This document shows positions 1 through 12,997 of a stretch of DNA of 64,000 bases, piece after piece. Under the pieces are notes generated by a model. The model had not been told where the DNA came from. It saw only the letters and a list, made by a program, of their open reading frames with translations, and made no database searches. The position numbers were made by a program, and so were the translations under genes. How positions within the stretch are numbered: the stretch's first letter is position 1; each line of letters begins with the position of its first letter. The DNA comes from Psammoneis japonica (taxonomy: Eukaryota): NCBI GenBank assembly GCA_008632985.1, contig QPGO01000093.1, positions 124,001-188,000 of the forward strand. Direction: 5' to 3'.

Positions 1-964
1 ACGGTACACGCCGAGCGGGAGTTCACGTGCAACGTCACTTATTGGCGCGGGGGGAGGGGCAGACGCGGAGCAAGGGTGGAACGTGGAACTGTTCTGAGTC
101 ACACAGGCAGGAAAAAGGATGGATTTCGAATTGGGGTTGGAGAGTTGGGATTGTAGCTTGGCAGAGTAGCGGGTCAGTTGGTCAGCAAGCGATTTAGTAA
201 TTGCAAGGCTCAGGCTTTGAAGGCCCCACTGTGATGGAGTTGAAGCGTGGTGGGTCAGGCCAAAGTGCTCGGCTGTGTTGTGTTTTGCCAAGCGGCAGCA
301 GCAGTGGGGAGAATGGCTGACGGTGACAATTGGGCACAGGCGCATGCGGCATGGGCAGCTGGGTGTTGGAAAGAGGATTCAGTGGTCCAGGGAGGGGCGG
401 GTGGGGCAGGGATGGGGTGTGTTTTGCCACATTGCGGAGCAGAGCTTGACGAATCCAGTCATCCATCAGAGACCCGCAGAAAAGGCCATGAGTCACAGGT
501 CATCGAACCCCACCATCTCATGGTGTGCACACGTGCGCAAACATTGGTCAACCCCTGCTCCAGATTGAAACTGACATCTCTCATTGGGGGTGCAACATTT
601 TCACTCATTTTCACCATCCTGATCGGCGTGTTTCGCACTTGTTGCTCCCAGATGTGTTTTGTTCAATGTGCACTCATTGACTTGCATGCCAACATGCCAA
701 GCAACATGGCAGCATTGCTCCTTTGTCTCTGAACAATTGCACTTCATTCCAACTGAAACATGTTCATTTTCACATTGTGCGTGCATTTGCACCGAAAGTG
801 CAGCATTTCCGTCTTCATGACAAATGTCAATCATTCAGCAAAAATTTCACCTTTTTCTGTTTCCCTTTTGTGTAAAAAAAAACATCCCCACCGTCAACTC
901 ACAATGTTCCTTTTGCAGCATTCATCCGGCCAATCGTGTGTGGGGCATTTGTCCCCTCCACTTG

Positions 965-1063
965 CACTCTCCATCGTGAGTCTATGCGTCGACCGTTCTT
1001 CGCGCGCGCGCTCGCACGCACCCGAAGGTCTCCTCATAGACTCTCGCGGAAGTAAGACGGACG
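965..1063 (+). repeat. Left TIR of MULE-like element
   Basis: CACTCTCCATCGTGAGTCTATG...AAGTAAGACGGACG is the reverse complement of 2615-2713. Contains an internal inverted pair GAGTCTATG/CATAGACTC. Confidence 0.95.
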
Positions 1064-2614
1064 ATGTACCAGGGTCGTATGTAGGCCGTTTGTTACGGTG
1101 CCGTATTGCGCATCGTCTCATTGCTCATTTGCTGTTATCGGCATGAACTACTCCCAAGGCTATCTAGCACTGTAGAATGAATCTTTTATAGTATTGGGAC
1201 GTTTCGAGTATACCATAACAAAGCCTATAGTTACATAACTGCTACATAGCTCCTCATTCCATCATTCACAATCGGATGTGTTGATCCTTTTCTCTCGGCT
1301 CGATCGCGATAGCCACACATCGAACCACGACCCATGAACTATCACGCCAGGTCATTGAGCTGGTAGTCGTCCACCAGTAGTTACCGTAGGAGGCCAAAAA
1401 GAGAAAGGAGGATACAAGAAGTGAGAACATCCGTGACACAGGATTCAAGAGAGGCAACAAAATTGGAAACATCAATGCAAAAAATAGAAACATTCTCACC
1501 GGCAATTAACGCCAAGGAAGAGACACGACAGTACCACTGAGCACCGAGAGGTACGCCAAAGAATGCTACTGAATCCCCACCAAGCCCATTAATCAGCCTG
1601 TGTTTTCGATCCACGCTACGTCTTAAAGTAGGAGATCTTGCTAGAGGCGAAAACAAAAACTGCAATTGTTGAGTTACAGAAGCAAATTATGAGCAAAATC
1701 ATAACACCAACTTACCCAATTAACCTTTGTACACATTCTTTTGTGTCTCCTGTGTGTATGTGCTTGTCGCTGTAACGGTATTTGTCTCATGCCATTGCTA
1801 GAGGCATTCATACTATCGCGAACTGATGAAATCTGCGCGAAGTACAAGCCCCATTGAGTGAGTTTGAATGCCAACAATTAACAATATTATCACATGATCT
1901 TACCTCCTTGACTCAGTGTCACTAAATGAGTATAGCCAATGCACTCAAATCTACCCAAGCGGTAAGAAATCGACACAACCGTCCAAAAATCTCCAAAATT
2001 GTCATAAAACAGCGACGCCCAACCGAAAATGAGACCCCAGACTATCTTTGCCTCGAATCTCAGAGCTGTGGTCAAACCACGCCTCATATAGACACCAATG
2101 AACAACACCAAGGTATTGTGTGGACTGAGAACCTGCGTGATAACGAGGAAGAGCCCAATCCGTGAGTGAGCACATTTCTGGCAAAAAATGTGAAGCCATT
2201 TGTTACGAACGACAGAAACAATGGTTGTGCCACAAGAAAGACAATGCCATTGCAAGGCAATAACGAAAATACGCATAAGTTTCCATGTCATAACTTACAG
2301 GGCGCAACGGAGCGGAACATGCGACGATAATCAACGACACATGTCAGCACCTACCGAAAAAGTGACGATTTTGCACTTAGTCAGTCTCGGGGATAAATCA
2401 ATCAAATATTTACCAATTTTCTCCGTTCCAACACCATGGTACGCTTCAACAGCGAGTATCCGAACAACCACTGAACGGTGTAAGGCATAGCGGTCGATGC
2501 GCCGATGAAATCGATCATCGTCGGAACGGCCCATTTTCTGGTATGTTTTGTGTAGAAAGCTCTGTAGAGCGTTTCGCCAAATCCAGGGAGGCATGGTAAC
2601 AAATTTTGAGCCAC

Positions 2615-2713
2615 CGTCCGTCTTACTTCCGCGAGAGTCTATGAGGAGACCTTCGGGTGCGTGCGAGCGCGCGCGCGAAGAACGGTCGACGCATAGACTC
2701 ACGATGGAGAGTG
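2615..2713 (-). repeat. Right TIR of MULE-like element
   Basis: Reverse complement of 965-1063; the same peptides appear in opposite-strand ORFs of the track. Confidence 0.95.
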
Positions 2714-3576
2714 CTCCACTTAACTTGTGATCTGCGGATCCAATCCCCCGCGCATTTTGCGAATCAGTGCAGAACCGCAAAAGTGGCATGACGAGGAGTC
2801 CGTGGATTCTCCACGCAAGACTGCACAGGTTCTCCACAAATCAATGTTTTAAAACCCACTGCATGCATCATCAAGAGCTGCCAAACAACTTGACCCCACC
2901 ATGACAATGAAATGTGTGACGGCGTTGATGCTCATTCCGCCTTTTATGAAGCACACATGGTCGCCAAGAAACAACAACAAACAGCAAAAAAAAAAAACAG
3001 GCTCCTTTCCTTTGATGCAAGTGGCAAGTTCGCGATTGATTGTTGATGGCTGATCAATGAATTTGCAGCAAAACATGCCTTCAGCATGGGACACACAGCT
3101 TCTGATGACATGAGTTCATTGTTGTGGTTGCCTCATGTGACTCATTGGTGATTTTCACTCTGTGAGACTCGGAAATCGACCCGAATGTGCTGCATCATGG
3201 TCATCGCGGTCGATGACTCGAGATGTTGGTGAAAGCACATTTTCCTCGCACGTGAGCCACGCAGAAATCATGCAGAAAAATGGCTCTTATTTTTGGACAG
3301 AGGATCCATTTAAATTCGAGTGCAGATGCACAGCCAAATAAAAAAACACATGGGAAGCACTCTTTTCAGGCAAGTAAAAAAACACAAAGAGGGGAAAAAT
3401 GCAGCCGTCGCTCCGCAAGACTCAAGAGACAACACAAAAAAGGGAGGGCCGGCTTGCAATGGCATGCAAAGCAGTGCAACCACGGCACAGTGAGTGCAGG
3501 CAAACACACAACACAAAAAACAACAAAGAATTGTTGCAACTGTGCCTCAGAGACAGACCAATCTGAGCAAGTGGAT

Positions 3577-3890
3577 GGCTGATGATCAAAAGGCCGGCAG
3601 AGACATCATCAAGGTGAGAGATCGTGTCAAAGAAGAGGCTTTTCTGAGCATCGCACTCACACTTTGTGCAACAAAACAGGTGCACTGCACAAAAACAAGT
3701 TTCGCTGCAAGTTTTGCTGGGGGGTTGATGTTGCAGACGGCTGATGATCAAAAGTCTGGTGGAGACATCTTCAAGGCAAGAGATCTCGTGTCAAAGAAGA
3801 AGCTTTTCTGAGCGCCGCACTCACGCTTGGCGCAAAATGACCAGACGAAACAAACAAGCTGTGCAAAGACAAGCTTCACCATGAGTTTCA
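3577..3890 (+). repeat. Diverged tandem duplication (~162-bp period) within a degenerate coding remnant
   Basis: GGCTGATGATCAAAAG...GAGACATC..CAAGG..AGAGATC..TGTCAAAGAAGA.GCTTTTCTGAGC occurs at 3577 and again at 3739. Confidence 0.7.
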
Positions 3891-4730
3891 TCAGAGAATT
3901 GATGTTGCACAAGATTCAAAACTCACACCAGCAGCGTGGCCATTTCCAATGACACAGGGGCGGGACAAAACAAGAGAGCGACTCTCAGCTCTGATGGGCA
4001 TTGCGAACGAGCTTGAGAGCATCGCCGACAAGGGGCTCATGCAAAAGGAGGATGTCACAAAGAAGAGAAAGTGCGCAAGATGACTCAAGCACTTTGTGCC
4101 AAGCAACTCGTTCCCGGCAAAGGAGGGCGCAGGAGGAGACGATGCATGGCACCAAGGAAGAGCAGCAAGGGAGGGGATGGTTGCCGAGAGCCAACAAGTT
4201 CTTCAAGGAGCCGGTCATGGAGATCAAACGCAACATCACGAGTGAGCAACTTGGTTGACAGGAAGATTTGTGTAGAATGATTTCAGGCAGCCACGGAAAG
4301 CAAGCGGGGGAGGACTTCACGGCTTGGGTGACAAGGGGGAGACCCCACATGGTGAGCTGTGCCAAGGTCGGCAAGCTGGAGCTGATGGTGGTTTGGCAGA
4401 TAAAAACCCATGATTGTAATTTCGTTGTTGTCCAACTCGAGCATTCTTACATTGTAGAAGCTGCACTTTAGACGGCCACTTGAACATTTCGTGTGGATGT
4501 AAACTTCTTGAATTTCACCGTGCAGATTGGATGCACCTCCCTGGATTCGAACCCACGGACATTTGTTGGAGGTGCGCGACATTTTATTCGAACCAACGGA
4601 CATTTGTTCGTTGATGTGGACATTCATTTATTATGTCAATCACGACTGTTTGTACAAGAAGAGTCGAAACATTGGTTTAAAATTTCAAATTCAACGGATG
4701 CTAGACCTTCATCGACGAATTTAACACAGC

Positions 4731-7700
4731 ATGGAGCGAAGTGACGTCACCTCGCGAACACCGTTGGCCGTGTTGGACGACACCAACAATGGCGACAATG
4801 GCGGTTCCGATTCGACGCCCACGAAACCTCCGGCTAAAAGAGCAAGAGTGGAGACTCAAGCCCTCACCCTCTGCACCAAGAAGGAACAAAAGCCAAAGAG
4901 ATTGAGCGGGAAGACGTGCTGCAATTGCACCTTGGGGTCAACCTGCCAAACACGTGGCTGCTCATGCTGCAAACATGATTGACCATGCACCTCTTGCGTC
5001 TGCTTCCACAAGTGCAAGAACAAGGAAGGGCTCAAAACTTGTGGCACAAGTGACAGGAATTCGGACAAGAAACAACGGAAAACCTCAACCTCCCCGGAAA
5101 CCAGCCCACTTCAGCCGAAAATCTGTCAACTCATCTCCGACACCCCTGATGATGCCAACAAACAGAACAAACCCAAGGCCAACACCAAAGCCAACAAAGA
5201 AAACACCACGCCCAACAATCAAGCGAAGGACACTGATGAGGGCAGAGATGGTGAGGAGGTTGACACTGCCTCAAGGGGAAGAGAGCAGCCGGAAGACAAG
5301 GAGAGCTCGGAGGGAGCAAAAATTCCGTCACATGACGACCCCGACAATGCACCCAACGACTTCAATTCGGACGCGGAACAAATCATGTGCAAGGTGTGCA
5401 GCAAGACCCATCACCTCAATGATGGCTCCCATCTGGATGGTGGAATGTCGGATGACAAAATTTGGCAAAAGCTGATGCCCCATCCATCACAACGATGCGA
5501 CGTTCCGAACGGTTCCGCAGGAAAACGGTTCATCAGAACGTCAGCAGAGTTGCCACATGGAGTCAAGACGCGAAAGTGGAACTCGGAGAGGTTCGCAGTG
5601 TTCCAGGCAGTGATTTTGCAGCAGGACCGCAACGCAAAACGAGCCAAGGACATTGGAACCCTGCTCACCAGGTGCATGGATGACTGGGACGCAGATGAGC
5701 ACAAGATGTTGGTCCAAGCGACCGAACTGCTGCTTGAGAGCAATCTGAAGACCGTTCAGAAGGAGGAGACACCAGAGCAGCACGCCAAGACATTCAATGG
5801 AATGGTGCTGCGAGGAAACCCAAGAGGAGCAGTTGGGCACATTTCGGAACATGAAAAAGGTGGAGCACTCGCACCCGATGACATTGACGAAAAGACCAAA
5901 GACACCGTGTTTGAGGCACTAGAATCGAAACATCTGGACCCGAGAATTCTGGAAGAAGACCAATTTCACAAATTTGACGAACTGCCTGAACTCCAGGATG
6001 TCATGATCACCGACAGTGCTGTCAAGACCGTCGCACGACGACTGTCCGGGAGTGCAGGCCTTGGCGGATCCGATGCTGGTGCAGTGTCGCAGTGGCTGCT
6101 CCACTGCGGAGAAGCCAGTGGATTGCTTCGTGAGGTGTTGTGCATGTTCACAAACTGGCCAGCCAATGAATCGCCCCCATGGGCCGCCTGCCGCGCAATC
6201 ATGGCAAAGCGACTCATCGCGCTGGACAAAAACCCGGGAGTGCGCCCGGTTGGCACAGGAGAGGTGTGGCAATGAGCCATGGCCAAAGCCGTTCTCCTGG
6301 TTGCTGGAGCAGAGGCCAAAGAAGCCTGTGGAATGGATCAGCCATGTGCAGGTCTAGAAGCAGGCATCGAAGGCGCGATTCACATGATGAATCTCCTCTG
6401 GGAACAGCACAAGTTCGAGGATGACTGCGGCTTCCTCTTCGTTGACGCCTCCAATGGATTCAACGAAGAGAACAGAGTGCTAATGTCACACAACGTTGGA
6501 CACCTCTGGCCATCCGGCGCCAGGTTCACTTTCAATGGCTGCAAGCATTGGAGCATCCCAATTGTCCACGGACACTTTGGCACCGCCTTCGCACCATTCA
6601 GCAAGGAAGGTGTCACGCAGGGCGACCCACTTGGCATGGTGGCCTGTGGACTGGGCCTTCTCCCACTGGTCCACAAGTTGAATGACATCTGTCAAGATGC
6701 TTTCACGCCATGGTACGCTGACGACTCCGCTGCAGCTGGGAAATTCAACATCCTTCGGGAATTTTTCTTAACTCTTCGAGTCGAAGGACCCAAGCATGGT
6801 TGCTGCCCTGCCGCCAATGAAAAGAACATCCCAGCAGTCCCAGAACGCAACCTGGAAAGCACCAGGGCGTGCTTTGGAGACCTCGGCTTCACTGTCTGCT
6901 CAGGTGGCCGCTGCCTTGGAGGCTTTGTCGGAGAGACGGACGCACGCGACCGATGGCCAGCGGAGAAAGCCGAGCAGTGGACCTCGGTCGTCCAAGGACT
7001 CGCAAATGTGGCAATTCATCATCCGCAGACCGCCCATGCCGGTCTTCAAAAGTCCCTGCAACACCAGTGGCAATGCGTCCAACGGGCAGCAAAGGACTGC
7101 GGCAAATCCTTTGCGGAAGTGGAGAGCGCGATCCAGCACCAATTCCTTCCAGCACTGGTTGGCGAGACCTTGGCAGACGACGATCCGAGACTAGCCCCAT
7201 CTGCCCTCCCAATCAAATTTGCAGGACTGTCCATCCCTCGTCCAACGGAGTCTGCATCCCAAAACCATGAAGCAAGTGCTCTCACGTGCTCTCACATGAC
7301 AGACTCACTCTGCGGCCACTCAGATTTCTCTTCAGCAGTCCACAAGGACACCATGCTCGAAGTGAAGGAAGAAGCAGCCAATGGGAAAGCCAAGACACAC
7401 AAGGAGAAACTCAAGACAATCCTCCGGACTCTAACCGACCTAAAAGCCAGAGCCATCAAGTGCAGCACCAGCACTGGAGCATGGCCATCGGTGCACCCAT
7501 CGATCATAAACGGCACGGAACTCTCTTGTCTAGAATTCCATGATGCGCTCTGTCTATGACATGGCTGCACTCCCCCCAACCTCCCGGAGCACTGCGATGG
7601 ATGCACCTGCAAATTCTCCATTGCCCATGCCCTGCAGTGCAAAAAGGGTGGCCCAGTCATCTCACGACACGACGATGTGCGTGATGACCTCGGTGACCTA

Positions 7701-8552
7701 ATTGGAGCGGCCTTCAAGCCCTCCTGCGTACGCGACGAACCCCTCATTAACCCTGTTGGTCACATCTCAGGAAGCCCAGGCTCCTCCAACAACTCCCAAG
7801 GCAACACAAACTCCAACATGTCCAAGGATGGCGACCGCGGAGATCTTTTGTCCAAAGGATTTTGGGACAAAAGGACAGACACCGTCATGGATGTTCGCAC
7901 TCCGGACACGGACGCGAAGTCATGCCTGTCCAAGACACCGGAAGAAGTTCTGGAACAACACGAACAAGAGAAAAAGCGCAAGCACCTCAAGCCCTGCCTT
8001 GAGCAACGACGTCACTTCACTCCCTTTGTCGCATCATGCGACGGACTGTTTGGCAAGGAAGCCAAAGCAGCGCTGCGCAGAATCTCTGCAAAACTGGCTG
8101 AGAAATGGCAAAAGCCACATTCAGAGGCACGCGGCTACATTGACGCAAGAATGAGCATCACTTTGGCACGGGCGACTCACCGTTGCCTCAGGGGATCACG
8201 TGTCCCTTCATCCCAGATCAGCTCAAGACGTCCTCAATGGGAGGATGGAGCTGGTCTGTCCCTTTGCAAACACCAAGTGACCCCCACTCGCACCAGACCA
8301 CTCATGCGGAACGATTGCTGACATGCTGCACACAGAGACCATCAATGCCACGCCAAGATGACAACAAAAACCTGGCAACATGCTGACAACGGCGCCAGAA
8401 TCGATTCGGATCTCACGCGCACAGCCCACAAAAACTGCACGCGACAACCACCCCTTGCTCGTATGACTGCATTAACTGCACAACATCCATTTTCTGATTT
8501 GTGGCAAACAGTCGTGATTCGTGTTAAATGGCCATGATTCATCATAAACAAA
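4731..8552 (+). mobile_element. Degenerate CRE-like non-LTR retrotransposon (Cys-rich N-terminus, RT, zinc knuckle, restriction-like endonuclease)
   Basis: RT motifs ALDKNPGVRPVG, AGLEAGIEGAIH, VDASNGFN, GVTQGDPLGM, WYADD and LGGFVG. Followed by CDGC...HALQCKKGG...RHDDVRD (7592-7685) and the RLE-type RGDL...MDVR..DTDA...EKKRKH...FTPFV. Broken by TGA stops at 4980, 6273 and 7557. Possible decayed (TAAA)n tail CATAAACAAACA near 8543. Ends are approximate. Confidence 0.88.
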
Positions 8553-8779
8553 CATGTGTGCGGGCTCTCACAAATGTCATCACAAACAATGTCCGTTGGT
8601 CAGACCATGAGACAATTCATGGAAACGGGCCTCTGATGTCCATTCATGTGCACCACAGCGAAGCACTGAGGAACAGCATTGGGTTTTCCTCCCACTCTAA
8701 ATGCAAAGGACTGTTCCAAGCATTGGGCCGGTCGTTCCAAGGCTGCAAGGCATGGAGGAGCCCTGACGGTTAACTCTTG

Positions 8780-9540
8780 AAGGTCGGCCGATGGACAAGT
8801 GGCCAGAGTGCAAAACTGAATGCTGCAGCCCAATCCACAGTCCAAAATCAAATGCATCGCACACTGTCACACAGTTTGACATTGTACACTGTGCTGCATT
8901 CTAAGCGCACCTGTCCCCATGAGCAACATGTCAACGAACAACGTCTTTCACTGCCTTCTTGACGCTTTGAAAGATGAGTTTGTGGGTTTCCTCATCTTCA
9001 TTTGATGCAATGCCACAAGCAACAATGTGGCCCTCTTGATTCAAACTTGCAACCTTGATTGGCATTAAACCAGCCTTTTCATGTGTGCAACAGCATGACG
9101 TGTCGATGGCAAAAAAGAAATCCTGCCCCGGCGCAAGTTGACAACATCCATTTGGCAGAAGATTCTCTGTAGAAAAAGCACAACAAAATCGCTCCATTTT
9201 GCTGTTGCAAAAATGCTCATCCCCGCAAAGGCATGTTGTGTGCTTGTCAAATGCATCAAGATTCATGGAGTTGTGCTTGCATCCCTCAAGTGTGTCCACA
9301 ATGCATCCCCAGCCTGCTCCACACTCCCTCCATTGGCAAGGTGCAACGTCAACACTTTCTTGGCTTGTTTTGAAAGCATCCTCTTGGCCTTCCACTGCAC
9401 ATCCTTGTCAAGATTCAAATTCTGTCCAAGGCCCCTTTGGAGCAATTGACTCAGACGCAACTCAGCAGGGTTGGTGTGTTGCACGCATTCCACCATGGCG
9501 CACTTTTCTGTTTGGTGTGTGCATGGGTGAAAGATCATGC
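8780..9540 (-). pseudogene. Degenerate MULE-type transposase fragment
   Basis: FFFAIDTS(C)...LMPIKVASLNQEGHIVA(C)GIASNEDEET(H)KLIFQSVKKAV resembles the MULE transposase core once Cys/His are read as former Tyr. Confidence 0.5.
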
Positions 9541-10274
9541 ATGACTCGCCATCGCTTTCCTTTTTAAAGAAACAGTGCAGCCGGGACAGGAAGAACAGAT
9601 CCCCCTCCTGCTCCCAAAGTTCACATTGGCCCAGTCATGCACAGATCCTTCACTGTTGCAGCCAGGGTGGGCGCAGCAGTGCAAGCATCTGCCAAAGGTC
9701 ATCAGAGGAGTTCTCTCCTGCGCCGATGCAATCCCTCCACATTTTCTTAAAGAAATTGAGCAGGACCAGGTGAACCTGACATTGCATTTGCTTTGTGTGC
9801 CAGAGGAAGGTGACTGCCTTGTTCGTTAGACTGCAATGGAGGGAAAATGTGCTCCCCCCCAGTTTGTGTTGTTCAATCTCATGTGGGATGTCTTTTCTTT
9901 CATCCTTGGAAGAAATCCATGGGTCAGCCAACAAGGCTTGGTGCACTGTCATTTGATCTTCCATGTGTGACACCACCTGACCAAGGAACACGCGCCAAAG
10001 CTGCATTGTTGTGTTGTTGCCAAGGGCAGTTTGAAAAAGTCCTTTGACAAAGATTCCCCGAGACCCGTGTCAAAGTTCATGGTGTGGCAGAAGTGACAAA
10101 GAAAGATTGGCAGGTGCAGCAGCTCATGCAGCTTTTGCAGCTTCCGCCCAGCTCTTCATGTCTGGGGGGAGAAATGAACCACGCGAGACACCAGCAGCCA
10201 AATTTTCTTTCAGATTTTGTTTGGATCGGCTCTCTCTTTTGGTGGGTTGCAAAGTTGATGCCATGCATGGAAGG

Positions 10275-12190
10275 TCAGCAAGTCTCTCTTTTTTTTCTTT
10301 TCCATTGGTTGCGTGTGGTGTTCTCTCCTTCGTCTTCGGATTTGGTGTCATCATGTTCTAAAGAATCATCCACATCCGTCTTGCAGGGAGCATCAGTTTC
10401 ATCCTCACTGCACTCTTCCTTGTCCACTGAATGCTTGTTGTTGGGATTGCACTCTTCCGGAAGTTGCAAATGATTGACTTGGAATTTGGAAATGCTGCAA
10501 CCCTCTGGCAATGGAAGATCTTCTTTGTCTTCCACACAGAAACAAGATTTGCACACTTCTTGGCCTTCCTTTGTCAGAAGTAGAAGATGAAATGCAAAGG
10601 CCATGCCCACCCAGTGATGAGAGTTTAGGAAGGCAAGTGAGGTCACACCGCCTTTGAAAGTGGTGTTTGCAAGAAAGAGTGGTGAGTTGATCTGTGTTTC
10701 CCAAACATTTTTCCACCAATCTGTCAACCTCACTTCTCACAGAGTTGGTCATGCTGTTGACAAAGACACCAATCTCCCTTTTTGGGGTTCAATTTTGAAA
10801 TGGGTGCATCATGTTGCTGGCAGCAGAAAGGGTGACCCTGAGTGGCTGCTCACCAAAATCTGCATTGAGCAAGCAGTTGGTGGCAACATTGTGTTGCTTC
10901 ATGCAGCACAGCTCTTGCTGCCAGTGACTCCTCTTCTCCTTGTCATCAAGGCTGGCATTGTTGACCTTGTGCTGAACAAGCAACAGATCACTTGCACACA
11001 CGAGCTTGCAATCCTTCCAGGGGTCATCAAGGTCATTGCATCCTGTCACGCAAAACCTGGAACAACGTTGGCAACAATTCTTGGTGCCATGCTGACCCAC
11101 AAGACAGTCGCCACTCTTTGCATCCCCATCAATTAGGGCCATTGTTGGAACCACATGCAGGTGGCAGATCATGTCACCCCATTGCACGCAACAGCAGAAG
11201 CCACCTTGTTCCACAATGTCAAGAAGTGGCTGGAGTGTTGTGCCCAAAACCTTGTGACAGTCATGAAGGCCGTGCCTCTTCTCCAACTTGTGCACATCAG
11301 ACTGCTGTTTGGCTGTGGAGGAGGACATTTTCTCCAAGTCAGGCATGCAGCCAAGGACTTGCCACTTGGCCCTGTCATGCCATTGTTTGCAGGCAACATG
11401 TGCCAAGGCAGCTGTGACAGGTTCTCCACAAGAAGATCCCATGGAAGTGGTTTTTCCCGTCTTGTCCATGCAAACTGTCAAACAATCAAGAAACTGTTTT
11501 TGAGGATCTGTGACTCTGGCTGTGCATGTCCTTCTGTGCCACTTGCTGGCCAAAACACACTTGTTGTTGTTGCCCTTGGCAACATGCATTCCAAATGGAT
11601 TGTTTGGGTCTGTGAGATTGCTTTTGGTTGCCCATGTGCAAGTGTCTGACATGAAGGATTCCCAGACATCTTTGAAATTCCACTGCGGAACTTTGACAGT
11701 TGTCTCACCACGTTCCCCAGCTGCACTTTCCAGGTTGACTGGAATCATCTCCCACTCCGAACCAGGAGATGATTTGTGGAGGGTCTCCATCAGTTTGCTC
11801 CAGCATGGCATTTGCATCCCAACCTGGAATGTGCTGCCACAGTGTCTTTCAATGAATCCAGCAATTTTGTCATGCAGGTGTGCATTGGTGCTCTGCAGTC
11901 ATCCACCAGCTTGCAAAGCTCAACGCAGGCACCGTTGAGGTTGCTCAGAGATGGCAAGCTGGCAAATGCATCTTCGGATGGGTGCCGGCAGACCTTTCCC
12001 AATCTGCTGTCATTGATGAGTGATGCATCGTTTGTGTCTGATGATGCAAAATCTCATCATTCGGTGTGGTTTTGGAAGCCTCCATGGTGACATCGGGTGA
12101 TGCATCAAACAAGTTGGCTTCTGACTTGCTCTCATCCAACATCATCTCCAACGACATGCACTGGTGCTCCTCTTTGTTGCACTGCAACCC
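10275..12190 (-). pseudogene. Degenerate Plavaka-like (CACTA-related) transposase
   Basis: ORF 10789-11817 has (C)MDKT, GEPV, WQVLG(C)MPDLE, IDGDAKSGD(C)LVG..CQRCSR.C and MMH motifs. ORF 10275-10733 continues with F.GGVTSL...VGM. No Tyr in 342 aa. Confidence 0.65.
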
Positions 12191-12997
12191 AAGAGGGGAA
12201 ACATCATCATCAAAAGGTGCTGACCATGGTGCATCAGTTGGGTCCTCTTCAACAAGCAGTCAACCTGAGTTGGATGTTTGCAACAGATGCTCCCCACTGT
12301 GACCGCCTCAACCTGGGGAGTGACACAAAAGTTGTCTGATGATGAAGAAATGTCCAGTTGCTCTGACAGCATTCCATTCAATTGGACATTCCTGGAAGGA
12401 GAAGTTTGACCCACAACTTTAACGGAGACGTCCGGTGATGGGGAGGGGGGCAACAGGCTCTCAACGCGACAAGTTGGCCTTCTCGTGAGTGACCAAAAAA
12501 CGTTGTGGGTTGTGATGGAAATGGGTGAGCGTGCATGTGAATGACCATTTGCAACACGGACATGCAACAGCCTCACCCTGCTGAACACCATTGCTGTCCA
12601 TTTTGAAAAACGCAAAGTGTTGTGAGTTGCACAACTGCAGTTGTGGAGCAATGGCCAAACTTGGTTAGATCATGGAAATTGGGTGGATTGTGTTGGGAAG
12701 CAAGGAAAACACGACACAAAATGGTGCAAAAACACAAGTTCATTGCTTTCTTTGCGTGAATGAAAACATTTGCAGGTGCAAATGAATTGCATGCATTGGG
12801 ATCATTGATCACTTTGAGCAAGGAAAGGAGAAAGCAAGTTGTGATGTGTTGGTCACAATCATTCTGGGCGCACCTCACAATGAATTTTGATCACTTTGCT
12901 GCAAACCATGAACCTGGTTGCACAAAATGAGACAGATCATTGGCCCATTGACCAAACAACTGCTGGCAAAAATTCAAGGAGATGACAAATGTGATGG

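Larger units (their letters stand above)
965..2713. mobile_element. Non-autonomous MULE/Mutator-like DNA transposon (1749 bp)
   Basis: 99-bp terminal inverted repeats (965-1063 and 2615-2713). Flanked by a 9-bp target-site duplication CTCCACTTG (956-964) / CTCCACTTA (2714-2722). Long TIRs with a 9-bp TSD are typical of Mutator elements. No transposase ORF inside; the interior has normal TpA content. Confidence 0.85.

Noticed and set aside
194..960. ORFs 194-496 and 247-732 as genes
   Set aside because: They lie in TA-depleted DNA where stops are lost, and show no recognisable domain.
4536..4560. tRNA gene suggested by GGGTTCGAATCC on the minus strand
   Set aside because: No cloverleaf, acceptor stem or A-box could be found around it.
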